From the NCBI GenBank assembly GCA_002269645.1, contig NIVC01000506.1, forward strand, positions 372,001-436,000: a stretch of DNA of 64,000 nt. Direction: 5' to 3'. This document shows positions 1 through 13,722 of the stretch, piece by piece. Position numbers and translations under genes: made by a program. The notes beneath the pieces are model-generated. The model made no database searches, was not told the DNA's origin, and saw nothing but the letters and a program-made list of their open reading frames with translations. This DNA is from Macrostomum lignano (lineage: Eukaryota). Position 1 is the first letter of the stretch. Each line of letters opens with the position of its first letter.

Positions 1-1015
1 TTCATCACGCGGGCCACCTCCATGGCAACCCTTGTGACTCTCAGCGCCTCGACGGGGACTTCGTCCGGACCGGGGGTGCGGCCTTTCGGTGCCTTGCGAG
101 CGAACTCCACAACGTCGGTGCTGGTCAGCGCCAGTCTTCCTGCCGCGGCAGCGCCACCTCGGGGGGCAGCGGCATCTCGTCCGGCAGAGTCGGCGGTGGC
201 GCGTTGACAATGGCGGTGAAAAAGGTGCGCAGCTCGTTTCTGCGTTACTCCGCAGTGTCGCCGGCCAGGTTCAACGCTGCCTTCTTCTTGCGACCGGTAA
301 GGGCGTTCACGACCGGCCAGATAACTCTGTTTTGCCGTTCAGGCCTGACAGATGCAACCGCTCGGATCGCGTCATCAACAGCGGATTGCTGTCGTCTTGT
401 GTAGGCGTCTGACAGGGCTTTCTCAGCGTCAGATGTTGGTCGCCTGGCACGTCGCAGTTGCTCGACTGTGCGGCGGGCTTTCCGGACCTCCAAGTCGCTC
501 GCCCAAACCGGAAATTGTCGTGACGCGGGCTCCATTAGCGGCAGAGTCTTGGCAGCGTCAGTAGCGATAGCAGAGCTGATGGCGGCGTAGTCTGGCGCCT
601 GCGCTGATGATCACAGGGCAGTCGCAAAGGCGTACGCAAACCTGCTGCAGGTGTCCTGATCTTGCAGGGCGCGGAAATATCTTCTGGGGCGTTTTGTCCG
701 CCTGTACAGCGGGTCGGAAAGCCGCAGGTCGCAGTAGAGCAGGCGGTGATCAGACCAGATGGTCAGGGGGTTCACGGTGTCGCAGTTCTTCAGCCGACTG
801 CGTTCACGGTAGCGAACCAGCACGTGGTCGAGCTGCGCCAGGCGGGTCGTGGCGAAACGGCCTCGGGCGTTCCGCCTCCTCCGCGCTTGCAGCCGGCGAA
901 GGTCGCCAGCCGGTAGGGCGGTTTACGGAAACGCGTATTGGCCGACAACAGGTCGAGCCTCGCCATCAGGTCCGCTAGCGCGGTGGTGTTGGCGTTCTGG
1001 CGTGGCGACTGGTAG
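1..1015 (-). mobile_element. Degenerate non-LTR retrotransposon (LINE, RTE-like) ORF2 fragment: end of APE endonuclease through start of RT; runs off the window edge
   Basis: Manual minus-strand translation gives APE C-terminal motifs (LATF...QLDHVLV...SDHRLL), a linker (ORF 245..535) and the RT-entry motif KGRTPGPDEVPVEAL. In-frame stops and frameshifts are present. Confidence 0.8.
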
Positions 1016-1150
1016 AAAGTGGCTCATATCCAATGCACTCTTGCTGCACTCTGGTAGAGAGTGACTCGTGTGCAATTGCACTCTTGGGTAGATTAACGAG
1101 CACCTTCGGAGTATGGCAGTCTTGCGATCCTTTCGTTGCATCCTCTGCTA

Positions 1151-1458
1151 ACTGCACTGGACACCTCACAACTAACTACACTGGACACCTCGACCTCACA
1201 ACTAACTACAGTGGACACCTCACAGCTAACTACACTGGACACCTCACAACTAACTACACTGGACACCTCACAGCTAACTACACTGGACACCTCACAACTA
1301 ACTACACTGGACACCTCAGCTAACTACACTGGACACCTCACAGCTCACTACACTGGACACCTCACAGCTAACTACACTGGACACCTCACAACTAACTACA
1401 CTGGACACCTCAGCTAACTACACTGGACACCTCACAGCTCACTACAATGGACACCTCA
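1151..1458. repeat. 24-bp minisatellite (CTACACTGGACACCTCACAACTAA), about 12 copies
   Basis: Direct tandem periodicity; source of ORFs 1033..1417. Confidence 0.95.
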
Positions 1459-1840
1459 CTGGAAACCCAATCCATTTTGAGGCAACATAGCTCATTTCAC
1501 CCAGCGCCCCCTACTTCAAAGTCCTTCAATGCAGTTTTCCATAATTAATATCTTGTTGAAAGTGAACTCAAGTTGAAGCGGTGCCCACGCAAATGTTTTT
1601 AGCTTTGATCAGGCCTCTTGAATTTGCCGATGAAGACAGAAGTCCCGGCCAGTCTTCAAATGACATTCTTTAAAATCTTTGCTTTTTGAATCACAAAGAG
1701 ATCACAAAGACTAGATAAATAATTTTGGTATGTTTTTCATCAGCGCCAATGCACTTCTCTTTTTACATCAATATCTGGATTGTTTCTGCCAGGATCAGAA
1801 GGAAATGTTTGCAGAAGGTTAAAAGCACTCAGAGCACTGT

Positions 1841-2022
1841 AGCACACTGGCTGTAGCACACTGGCTGTAGCACACTGGCTGTAGCACACTGGCTGTAGCA
1901 CACTGGCTGTAGCACACTGGCTGTAGCACACTGGCTGTAGCACACTGGCTGTAGCACACTGGCTGTAGCACACTGGCTGTAGCACACTGGCTGTAGCACA
2001 CTGGCTGTAGCACACTGGCTGT
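1841..2022. repeat. 14-bp minisatellite (AGCACACTGGCTGT), about 13 copies
   Basis: Perfect tandem periodicity. Confidence 0.95.
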
Positions 2023-2615
2023 ACAAGATCTCTAGCTAGTCCTGCTACCACCTAGTCTAGTAAAAGCAATTCAAAAAAATTCACAAAAAGAAATCCTAGT
2101 GAAAAAACAATCACTCTAAAACATTGATTTTCACTCGCATTTCTGCATCAACTATTCATTAAAGCAGCCTTATTGAGCATTACGGGAGCTGGGCAATTTT
2201 CTCATACATTTAGGTTGGCATGGGCCAGGTAAATCACATGTATCATGCTGAATGAAAGTGCAAGTGCAGCAAACAAGACACCGGGATACTCCGCTCACTG
2301 CCAAAACAACGGAACGTTGCAGGTACATGTAAGGGAAAAAACTGTAATTGCTTTTTGCATGGCTGCCTCTGATGTGCTGCGAGTTACTCAAGACGTCAGG
2401 AAAATTCTTCTGGAAATGAGCAGCAGAAGAAGCTCTTAAATCGCAGGAAGAATTTTGTGCATGAATTGCTTGTAATTATTATACAGGCTGAGTTCTCGTC
2501 ATTCAGTTATTCGTTTCACCACTGCACAACTTCAGACAAAAGTTTTTTGCACAGGTCTGTCTTAATGGTCTGTCTTTAGTAGACCTTAAATAAAGCATTT
2601 TGTTGCTTTACTAAG

Positions 2616-4041
2616 ACTAACACATGCATTACCTGACTAATAGCTGCATCACCTGACTAATAGCTGCATCACCTGACTAATAGCTGCATCACCTGACTAA
2701 TAGCTGCATCACCTGACTAATAGCTGCATCACCTGACTAATAGCTGCATCACCTGACTAATAGCTGCATCACCTGACTAATAGCTGCATCACCTGACTAA
2801 TAGCTGCATCACCTGACTAATAGCTGCATCACCTGACTAATAGCTGCATCACCTGACTAATAGCTGCATCACCTGACTAATAGCTGCATCACCTGACTAA
2901 TAGCTGCATCACCTGACTAATAGCTGCATCACCTGACTAATAGCTGCATCACCTGACTAATAGCTGCATCACCTCACTAATAGCTGCATCACCTGACTAA
3001 TAGCTGCATCACCTGACTAATAGCTGCATCACCTGACTAATAGCTGCATCACCTGACTAATAGCTGCATCACCTCACTAATAGCTGCATCACCTGACTAA
3101 TAGCTGCATCACCTGACTAATAGCTGCATCACCTGACTAATAGCTGCATCACCTGACTAATAGCTGCATCACCTGACTAATAGCTGCATCACCTGACTAA
3201 TAGCTGCATCACCTGACTAATAGCTGCATCACCTGACTAATAGCTGCATCACCTGACTAATAGCTGCATCACCTGACTAATAGCTGCATCACCTGACTAA
3301 TAGCTGCATCACCTGACTAATAGCTGCATCACCTGACTAATAGCTGCATCACCTGACTAATAGCTGCATCACCTGACTAATAGCTGCATCACCTGACTAA
3401 TAGCTGCATCACCTGACTAATAGCTGCATCACCTGACTAATAGCTGCATCACCTCACTAATAGCTGCATCACCTGACTAATAGCTGCATCACCTGACTAA
3501 TAGCTGCATCACCTGACTAATAGCTGCATCACCTCACTAATAGCTGCATTACCTGACTAACACGTGCATTACCTGACTAACACATGCATTACCTGACTAA
3601 CACACACATTACCTGACTAACACATGCATTACCTGACTAACACACACATTACCTGACTAACACATGCATTACCTGACTAACACATGCATTACCTGACTAA
3701 CACATGCATTACCTGACTAATAGCTGCATCACCTGACTAATAGCTGCATTACCTGACTAACACGTGCATTACCTGACTAACACATGCATTACCTGACTAA
3801 CACACACATTACCTGACTAACACATGCATTACCTGACTAACACACACATTACCTGACTAACACATGCATTACCTGACTAACACATGCATTACCTGACTAA
3901 CACATGCATTACCTGACTAATAGCTGCATCACGTGACTAACACATGCATTACCTGACTAACACATGCATCACCTGAATAATAGCTGCATCACCTGACTTC
4001 TAGCTGCATCACCTGACTAATAACTGCATCACCTGACTTAC
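2616..4041. repeat. 20-bp minisatellite (ACCTGACTAATAGCTGCATC / ACCTGACTAACACATGCATT), about 70 copies
   Basis: Tandem periodicity with two variant blocks. Confidence 0.97.
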
Positions 4042-4575
4042 AGCTGCTCAGATGCTGCTCATTTCACCTGACTCAGCAGTCATCAAATAGTCCAGAGCAA
4101 TCTGATCTCAGGTTACAAAAAATTGCTAAATATTTAATTGAAAATGCAGCTGCCTCTTGGTAACTGAGAGCGGTTTTTTGGCAACGGGATGCGGCTATCC
4201 TTACTTAGAAACAGCGACACTGAGCTGCCCAATTATGCCCCGGCATGATGCCAGAAGAGAAAACAATGCACTGGCTAAATTAGACAAATCACTGTCTTAC
4301 CTGGTTTGTACCTGTTTACCCTTTTGTATCATTGTCATAACTCTTTAATCCAATATGAGTCCGCGTCTGTCGTCTGCGAGTTCGGAAATAGACTTTTGCT
4401 CGAACTGCGATGAGCTGCGTGAAGGTATGACGGGCAGTGCAGCGTGCTGCAGTTCCCCTGCTTTTTGCTTGTCTTTTTCTCAGAGCCGCTTCAGGGCCCC
4501 GAATTGCTTTCACTACTCAGTAGCACTTTCTGCTTCCAGCCTCACCTCTGCTTACAAACAGACAAATATACAGAA

Positions 4576-4880
<305 letters not shown>

Positions 4881-5344
4881 ATGCAATTACTATTCTTTCT
4901 TTCAGCCCACAGTAAAGCAGAGTTCTCCCTTATTGAATTCGTTTTTGTCACAACCTTCGTTTGACACTGGCTGTGCATTGAACAGCGCAGACTGGCAGTG
5001 AGCAGTGAGCCGGAATCCGTGGATACACAGCAAACTTTTTGCTCCCCTTGTGCTCTCAGCCCTGGGCGGTCTAATTGCCAGGCCTCTCATTGACTTCGAG
5101 AGCGACTTCTGCTTGGCTAATCCGTCAGTCCACTCTTTTGATTTCGCCGCAAAGCTTTTCCAGCTGCGGCGAGAGGGGGCTTAGCAGAACCTTGCAATCA
5201 GCCCGACTGCACTGAGCTGAGTTGCTGTGGGAAACATCTGTATGGTGGGCGCGTAACAGTCGTAATGAAAACGCCAGAATAAATCACTAACACGAGCGTA
5301 ATTGCTTTTTTCCGTATCCAGCCCGGGTTTTCATTTGATAAAGT

Positions 5345-7152
5345 TACATCTCATTTGAGGGAGTGACATCTCATTTGATGGAGTGACATCTTATTTGAGG
5401 GAGTGACATTTCATTTGATGGAGTGACATCTTATTTGAGGGAGTGACATTTCATTTGAGGGAGTGACATTTCATTTGAGGGAGTGACAATACATTTGAGG
5501 GAGTGACAATACATTTGAGGGAGTGACATCTCATTTGAGGGAGTGATATTTCATTTGAGGGAGTGACAATACATTTGAGGGAGTGACAATCCATTTGAGG
5601 GAGTGACAATACATTTGAGGGAGTGACATCTCATTTGAGGGAGTGACATCTCATTTGAGGGAGTGACATTTCATTTGAGGGAGTGACACTTCATTTGATG
5701 GAGTGACATCTCATTTAAGTGAGTTATATTTCATTTGAGGGAGTGACATCTCATTTTAGGGAGTGACAATACATTTGAGGGAGTGACAATACATTTGAGA
5801 GAGTGACAATGCATTTGAGGGAGTGACATCTCATTTGAGGCCTCGAGGGAGTGGCATTTCATTTGAGGGAGTGACAATACATTTGAGGGAGTGACAATAC
5901 ATTTGAGGGAGTGACAATACATTTGAGGGAGTGACAATACATTTGAGGGAGTGACAATACATTTGAGGGAGTGACAATACATTTGAGGGAGTGACAATAC
6001 ATTTGAGGGAGTGTCATCTCATTTGAGGGAGTGACATTTCATTTGAGGGAGTGACACTTCATTTGAGGGAGTGACATCTCATTTAAGTGAGTTATATTTC
6101 ATTTGAGGGAGTGATATTTCATTTGAGGGAGTGACAATACATTTGAGGGAGTGACAATCCATTTGAGGGAGTGACAATACATTTGAGGGAGTGACATCTC
6201 ATTTGAGGGAGTGACATCTCATTTGAGGGAGTGACATTTCATTTGAGGGAGTGACACTTCATTTGAGGGAGTGACATCTCATTTAAGTGAGTTATATTTC
6301 ATTTGAGGGAGTGACATCTCATTTTAGGGAGTGACAATACATTTGAGGGAGTGACAATACATTTGAGAGAGTGACAATGCATTTGAGGGAGTGACATCTC
6401 ATTTGAGGCCTCGAGGGAGTGGCATTTCATTTGAGGGAGTGACAATACATTTGAGGGAGTGACAATACATTTGAGGGAGTGACAATACATTTGAGAGAGT
6501 GACAATACATTTGAGGGAGTGACAATACATTTGAGGGAGTGACAATACATTTGAGGGAGTGACAATACATTTGAGGGAGTGACAATACATTTGAGGGAGT
6601 GACAATACATTTGAGGGAGTGTCATCTCATTTGAGGGAGTGACATTTCATTTGAGGGAGTGACACTTCATTTGAGGGAGTGACATCTCATTTAAGTGAGT
6701 TATATTTCATTTGAGGGAGTGATATTTCATTTGAGGGAGTGACAATACATTTGAGGGAGTGACAATCCATTTGAGGGAGTGACAATACATTTGAGGGAGT
6801 GACATCTCATTTGAGGGAGTGACATCTCATTTGAGGGAGTGACATTTCATTTGAGGGAGTGACACTTCATTTGAGGGAGTGACATCTCATTTAAGTGAGT
6901 TATATTTCATTTGAGGGAGTGACATCTCATTTTAGGGAGTGACAATACATTTGAGGGAGTGACAATACATTTGAGAGAGTGACAATGCATTTGAGGGAGT
7001 GACATCTCATTTGAGGCCTCGAGGGAGTGGCATTTCATTTGAGGGAGTGACAATACATTTGAGGGAGTGACAATACATTTGAGGGAGTGACAATACATTT
7101 GAGGGAGTGACAATACATTTGAGGGAGTGACAATACATTTGAGAGAGTGGCA
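5345..7152. repeat. 20-bp minisatellite (ATTTGAGGGAGTGACAATAC and variants) with higher-order structure
   Basis: Tandem periodicity; diagnostic variants recur at about 200 and 570-610 bp spacing. Confidence 0.95.
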
Positions 7153-7587
7153 TCTCCGCTCCTTCACAAACCTTGACCAACCCATCAGCAGTTTTAGGGA
7201 GCATCCTTGTCCCCCGCGAGAGTGCTTGCTCGGAGAGGTGGACAAACTTAGAGAGGCTGTCCGGGCAGCGGAGAAATCCAAAGCAAACAAAGACAGCATG
7301 CTAATCCGCAACGAGGATTTGGCCTCTGAGTTTTTTAACCTTAAAGCTTCAGAAAGCAGCTCAAATTTCCTAAGCCTGCACTTTTGGATGCAGTGCTTCG
7401 TATGAGGCTGACAGTAAATTGAATATTTCGGACGTTGTCTAAAATGAGTTTGCTAAGCTTTTTTGTTCAGCCAGCACGTTTTACTGGCAAACTACAGCCG
7501 GCGCTCAGATATGCGGATACCATTCGAAATGCACCGCCTCTTTCTCGAGAATTTGCTTAAAAATCTCGGGTATCAGTCATCTGGGAT

Positions 7588-8543
7588 CTGGTAGCTGTTC
7601 GCTGGTAGCTGTTAGCTGGTAGCTGGTAGCTGGTAGAGGGTAGCTGGTAGCTGTTCGCTGGTAGCTGTTCGCTGGTAGCTGTTCGCTGGTAGCTGTTCGC
7701 TGGTAGCTGTTCGCTGGTAGCTGTTCGCTGGTAGCTGTTCGCTGGTAGCTGGTAGAGGGTAGCTGTTCGCTGGTAGCTGGTAGCTGGTAGCTGTTCGCTG
7801 GTAGCTGTTCGCTGGTAGCTGTTCGCTGGTAGCTGTTCGCTGGTAGCTGGTAGCTGGTAGCTGTTCGCTGGTAGCTGTTCGCTGGTAGCTGGTAGCTGGT
7901 AGCTGTTCGCTGGTAGCTGTTCGCTGGTAGCTGTTCGCTGGTAGCTGGTAGAGGGTAGCTGTTCGCTGGTAGCTGGTAGCTGGTAGCTGTTCGCTGGTAG
8001 CTGTTCGCTGGTAGCTGTTCGCTGGTAGCTGTTCGCTGGTAGCTGGTAGCTGGTAGCTGTTCGCTGGTAGCTGTTCGCTGGTAGCTGGTAGCTGGTAGCT
8101 GTTCGCTGGTAGCTGTTCGCTGGTAGCTGGTAGCTGGTAGCTGTTCGCTGGTAGCTGTTCGCTGGTAGCTGTTCGCTGGTAGCTGGTAGAGGGTAGCTGG
8201 TAGCTAGTAGCTAGTAGAGGGTTAGCTGGTAGATGGTAGCTGGTAGCTAGTAGCTAGTAGAGGGTTAGCTGGTAGCTGGTAGCTGTTCGCTGGTAGCTGT
8301 TCGCTGGTAGCTGGTAGAGGGTAGCTGGTAGCTAGTAGCTAGTAGAGGGTTAGCTGGTAGATGGTAGCTGGTAGCTAGTAGCTAGTAGAGGGTTAGCTGG
8401 TAGCTGGTAGCTGCATGGTAGCTGTTCGCTGGTAGCTGGTAGCTAGTAGAGGGTAGCTAGTAGAGGGTAGCTGGTAGCTGGTAGCTGGTAGCTGGTAGCT
8501 GGTAGCTGGTAGCTGGTAGCTGGTAGCTGGTAGCTGGTAGCTG
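7588..8543. repeat. Heptamer satellite (GCTGGTA / GCTGTTC)n
   Basis: Direct reading. Confidence 0.95.
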
Positions 8544-9260
8544 TATTCCTGTTTCTAGGGTAATCCAGAGTCGTCATACTAGCCTCCATCCCATGAGATC
8601 CCTACTGATTACTATCTTCCCATTAGAATTGTCTCTGCCTTAACGTCTTGCAGGTTTATTGAAAATTAAAGTTTTTGATAATTTTTTATTGAAACGTAAA
8701 ATACGACTCGTCTTACCAGAAGAATTTCAGTATTTAATTTGGTATCGCCGCATGAAAGCAGAGAAAGCAATCACAACGATAAAAAGTGCAAAGGTTTGTG
8801 GAATGTACTTTTCAAGATTATTGCCACACTGAGAAGATGCTCACGCGCCAATTGTATAAATGTGGATACAGGCCGCAGTTCACACAGCTGAGAACCAGTG
8901 GATTAAGCTGACTTGTCGCACTGGTGGACCAGGCTGGCAGTCACGCCAAGCAAACATCCGTACCTGGCCAGCAGGTGCCAGGCTGACAGCGCCAAGAACT
9001 GCAGTGGGGTGAGAGCTACGGGGAATGAAAGCCACGTGACGTAAAGAAGCAGGGATGACGCCAGGCAAGCACACTGACTATTGATAAAACATAAATTAAT
9101 AATTTTCCGCCATAGTCATTAAGCTCAGAACGCGAATTTTACAACAAAAGAGGAAATTATAAGCTGGACAAAAACTCAGTTTTTCAGTTCCGAGTTGACT
9201 GAACCGAAACAATCCCAGGTCAAGCTTTGATCTGCGAAACCTCTTTGCCACGCTGCCTGA

Positions 9261-9890
9261 CTAACGCGGGTCCTTGAAGCGCGGCCGAAATCCGCACTGC
9301 CGCAGGGCCAACTGCTGCTGTCCAGTGGAGTTGCTCCAGCCGCAGTAGCCGTTGTCGCTTCTTCCACCGCTGTTGCCGCCGCCGCCGCGCCGGAGCCGGC
9401 AGTTGCATCGGCAGCGACACGAGCAGCCCGTGAAGACAGCGTTCGTCTGCCGGCGCACGGTGGCGTGGGAGGCGTACATGAGCCCGGGGTTCACCACACA
9501 GTTGGACAGGGCCAGCCAGTGGCAGAACAGCTCCGCGCGCACCCAGCTGGAGTCGCCGGCCAGCAGGAAGACGTGCAGCGGCAGCCACAGGGCAACGAAG
9601 GCTGCCACCAGCAGAGCCGAGTACAGGAACACGCGGCGACGGTAGGCCAGCTGACTGCGCACCCGCAGGCGTCTCATCTCGACCGTGAACTGCATCCGGT
9701 TGGCAGTCAGGATGACGCGGCACACCCGGAAGTAGGCGCCGACGATGGCGCAGCAGGGGACCAGGTACAGCAGGGCGAGCAGCGTAGCCGTGTAGGCCGT
9801 CTCCACCCGGCTGCCCAGCAGCTCCTTGGCCAGAGTCCAGTTCTCGCAGCAGATCTCCGGGTCGTGGCTCGAATTGGTTGACGCTCGCGA
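9261..9890 (-). CDS. Class A (rhodopsin-like) peptide-type orphan GPCR, exon 2 (ECL2-TM5-TM7-tail)
   Basis: Acceptor ttctcag at 9891-9892, phase 0. Reads SRASTNSSHDPEICCENW...LYLVP (TM5)...ALWLPLH (TM6)...SNCVVNPGLMY (TM7). Joined CDS is 1344 nt, 447 aa, with no internal stop. Confidence 0.85.
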   Translation of the reverse strand, partial: SRASTNSSHDPEICCENWTLAKELLGSRVETAYTATLLALLYLVPCCAIVGAYFRVCRVILTANRMQFTVEMRRLRVRSQLAYRRRVFLYSALLVAAFVALWLPLHVFLLAGDSSWVRAELFCHWLALSNCVVNPGLMYASHATVRRQTNAVFTGCSCRCRCNCRLRRGGGGNSGGRSDNGYCGWSNSTGQQQLALRQCGFRPRFKDPR

Positions 9891-10458
9891 CTGAGAATTT
9901 GAGGCAGAGAAAGAAAAGATGCAGGAGCTGGGGGCTGGCAGTCAGTATGAATGCCAATGTACTTCTAGTGGAGAACTGGCTGTGGAGAATTGCCGCAGGC
10001 TCTGGTTTTGTAAGCCCGCGTCTCTGATTCCCAAATTAGTGAGGCCTTCTCCCACCCACTCCTCAGACTTACTGCAGTGGATACAAGCAGGAAAATCAGT
10101 GCCAGAAGCAATCAGCAATTGATAACCAAAGTCTCAAGATAGCGGCCCCTAGTAGAGCAGGCTTCACTCTTTACTGAATCAATGCCTTTGACTTTTGGAT
10201 TATTGGCTGCAGAAATGGTTGCCTACTATCTGGAAGTAAAAGCCTCACTAATTTTAAACTTCTGCTTTTTTTCGAACTACATGTACGTATAAAAAACTTT
10301 TGCTACAGTCAGAGAAGACACGGTGTGACGCCAGTGCTTCACACTTCAACAAGCCTTAAAAAGAGATTATCGAAGTTTGAAAAAATACTTGAGATTATGC
10401 GCTCATCATCGGGGACATCGGTGAGTTCAAGTGACAGCAGGGAGCCGCAGGGACTCAC

Positions 10459-11172
10459 CTTTCCGGCCGGCAGGGTCACCTGGCTCACCAGGCAGCTGGG
10501 CACTCCGAGCAGCAGGGAGGCGGCCCACACGCCGGCCAGGATGACGGCGTCACGCCGGGAGGTGGCAGGGCGGCGGTGTCTGTCCGCCCATCTGGCGACG
10601 CGCACAGCAGAGGCGCGGTGCAGGCAGACGCTCGTCAGGGTGAAGACGGACGCGGCGATCAGCGCCACGGAGCCGAGGTTGCGCAGCCGGCAGCCGGCGA
10701 GGCCCAGCCGCCAGGAGAAGCCGAGCAGGGAGGCCCCGGTGGCAGGCACCACCAGCAGGCCGGTGAGGAGGTCGCAGGCGATGAGGTTGCTCAGCAGCAG
10801 CCGGTGCGGCAGGTCACGCAGGCGGTGCAAAGCGGCAAGGAGGCCGCCGTTCAGGGCGACGGCGCCGGCGAAGATCAGGGCGAACAGGGTGAGCATCACT
10901 GCGACGAAGGCGCCGCTGCGCCTGTAAGTCGGCGGGCCGACGGTGCGGTTTCCCTCGACGGCTTCAAGGATGAGGTCGTCAGCTAGGCCGAGCTGTGGGT
11001 CGCTGAGCAGCTCGTGCAGCAGGCCGGAGGTCAGGTTGGCGGACCGGAAGCGCGCGGCCAGCAGCGAGGCCGTGCCGTTGCGGCCGTAGCGGGACACCAG
11101 GCGACGCAGCAGCAGCTTGAGCGAGTCGAGACCTGCGGTGGAAATTGTTGGACAGCTGATTTCCCGGTGCAT
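10459..11172 (-). CDS. Class A peptide-type orphan GPCR, exon 1 (N-terminus-TM1-TM4)
   Basis: ATG at 11172; N-glycosylation sequons NGT/NLT/NRT; TM1 N (ALNG), TM2 SNLIACD, TM3 Cys, TM4 W; strong donor AAG|GTGAGT at 10459/10458. Confidence 0.85.
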
Positions 11173-11205
11173 GCTAGCAAGCCGCCACTGACCAATCGGC
11201 CTTCG

Positions 11206-11533
11206 TTTTTCACTACAGGCAGGGGGCTGTGTGCACCCTGGCGCACTTTAAGCGACATTAAGTCACACAACCGGCGAGAGGCAACTCGGCCCATTCCGCC
11301 GACTCCCCTGAGCGGCACACACTCACACAAGAGTGTACAGCTGCCCTAAATTTATTTACCGTTTTAGGTACGTAAACTTCACATGGGGGTTGGCCTTCAA
11401 GGCCGTTAATTGCACGAGCAGAGCCAAGCCGATATTCCAATTTATCTGCAAATTAATGTGACTGCTCTTGGAATCGAGCCTGGGCTGCTGGCACATCAGA
11501 GTGCCGCGCCAGACCACTAGGCCACGGCCCTCT
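11206..11533 (-). mobile_element. tRNA-derived SINE, family A (full length)
   Basis: Pol III A box (TGGCCTAGTGG) and B-box-like GGCTCGATTCC at the head; A-rich tail; clearly homologous to copies at 34461, 60168 and 24649. Confidence 0.85.
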
Positions 11534-11953
11534 TTCTTGCAGCCTTCAAATTTTAAATCTTTTCAACACAGGAACTAAGAGTAAAAGGACGCTAGCCACG
11601 ATGAGACTGATGGCACGATTTCGTGTCAAGCCAGCAAAGCCGCCCCCGACTGACGCCTGGCCCAGACCGGTGGATTAGAGCAGTCAAACTCTTTTCATGA
11701 CTGCTTTTCTATACCAAAACACCCGTTCCCGACGGCTTGGTTCGATTTCGTGCCATAGAATTCTTTAGCTCAAGTTTTTAAGCTTGTGTACAAACTTCTT
11801 CCAGACTGAAGCAACTTTTCAAGCAGTCTTTGCCAAGTAGATTTTGACACACAGCCCTAGTGTTCCCACCGGTGCAGTCAAACTTGCCTTAAGCCTTATA
11901 GCTTTGTATTACTAGCAGCGTTGTACTTGGACGAGCGTAGTATAAATTAAATC

Positions 11954-13638
11954 ATGAGATCTGAGTCTGATTCGGAGACCGAAAACGCGACAGAGCCCCC
12001 AATAGTTACCGATGACGAGTCTCTGAGCGACTATGAAGAGCTGTATCCGGACATACATGAGGAACAGAACCTTGTGGCTCCACCTGGCGATTGGGTGCTC
12101 GTACAAGAAGGGGCGGACAACAGGCCATCCCCAGCGCCCGACTTTCTCGGATCACCTGGAGTTCGACCCGACTGGCAGCCACCTAAAACTGCCGATGGAA
12201 ACGAGTCGGCCTTCCTCAAGCTGTACCTGCCGGACGATATGTTTGAGAACCTACGCAGATGGACCAACAGCAAGGCATGGAATACGTATGAAGAGTGCGA
12301 GGCCGTCGAGGTTGTTCCAAAAATTATCATGAGCTGGAAAGACTGCACGGCCGACGAGATTCGCAAGGTGATCGGCATTATGCTTTTGATGGGTGTTGAC
12401 AAGAAGCCAGAGCTGGCCCAATACTGGTCGGGTGATTCCGTGTACTAATGCAACTTTCTGGCGCAACCGTTCTCTCTGTCAAGGGATCGATTCAAACAAA
12501 TATTGCCCTGCTTGCGCTTCTACGACTCGGATCAACCCATCGGTGATGAGCCGTTGGCGAAGATGCGTCCCTTTCTGGAGCAAGTGCAGTTGTTGTGCAA
12601 GGAGAACTATATGCCCCGTCAGAAACTATCCGTGGATGAGACTCTGGTCCTCTACAAGGGCAGAGTCGAATTCAAGCAGTACATCCCTTCAAAGTGAAGC
12701 AAGTATGGCATAAAAATTTACTGCCTTTGCGAGGCCGAGACTGCCTACTTGTGGAACATTGCTGTCCATACTAACTGAGGCAAACCAGCAGTTTGGCAAC
12801 GGGCTCGGTTGTCATGAGCTATCGATGAGCGAGAAAGTCGTGGCCGAGCTCTGTCGTGGTCTGTACCACTTCGGCCATCATGTCTTTACGGACAGTTGGT
12901 TTACATCTGCTCGGCTTGGGAAGTGGCTGCTGGAACGTGGCAACCTGCTGACTGGCACTGTGCGTTCGGACCGAGATGTTCCCGCAATTTTTCGCGCCGT
13001 GAATCTGCATCCGACTCCATCAGCGTTTGCTCGCTCAGGTGACTTGCTTGCCTGCAAGTTTGTCGACAGGAAGCAGAGCGGCACGAAGGTTTTGTACCTG
13101 TTGGACACCGCAGGCACTGCTGTCTGCAATCAAGTCCAGCGCACTCGTCGCGGCGGTGAAGTCCAGATGATCGCTAAACCAGCCGGCATCACTGCCTATG
13201 CTGCCAACATCACCTGTCGATCACCTGGACGCCTCGCTGCACCCGTACCTTGCGAACCGGAAAAGCCTTCGCTGGTTCCACAAGCTTGGGTTTCACCTGA
13301 TGCTTGTGCTCGTTAGGAATGCTTGGGCTGCATGTGTACCGGCAGGCGGGCGGCACGAAGAACTTCCTGGGCTTTCTGCGCCTTGCCATCAGCAGTCTGG
13401 TAGGCGGCGTCGGACACTGCCTGGGGCAGCTGCTGCCGCGGCTGCTGGCGATGGTGAGCACTTACCGAGCAAGACACCCAGGCAAGGAGACCAGCCCAGG
13501 ACTCGGAAACGGTGCCGAGCGTGCTACGCCGCTGGGCAGACCAAAAGGACTGTCTTCGTCTGCGAGACCTGCCCAGGACTACCCGCCCTCTGCCCTGGCG
13601 TCTGCTTCAACCAGTGGCATGCGCAGAACGGGCACTGA
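11954..13638 (+). pseudogene. piggyBac (PGBD4-like) DDD transposase pseudogene with C-terminal Cys-rich domain
   Basis: Motifs SRDRFKQIL, LSVDETL (D1), FKQYIPSK*SKYGIK, VFTDSWFTS (D2), VDHLDASL (D3) and CRAC...CETC...C...CFNQWH. In-frame stops at 12446 and 12695; frameshifts near 12770 and 13200. Confidence 0.9.
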
Positions 13639-13722
13639 ACGGGCGCTTCGAATGGTTTCGCACAGTTTAAAATTATTTTTTATTTTAGAAGCAAACCAGA
13701 AAATAAGAAAACTCTACATTCA

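Noticed and set aside
2616-4041. Branch-point-like GACTAAC/CTGAC in the 20-bp satellite
   Set aside because: Short motif with no downstream pyrimidine tract or AG and no host transcript evident.
7200-7405. Coiled-coil-like peptide EVDKLREAVRAAEKSKANKD
   Set aside because: Isolated, no clear splice sites or partner exons; the ORF starts in a satellite.
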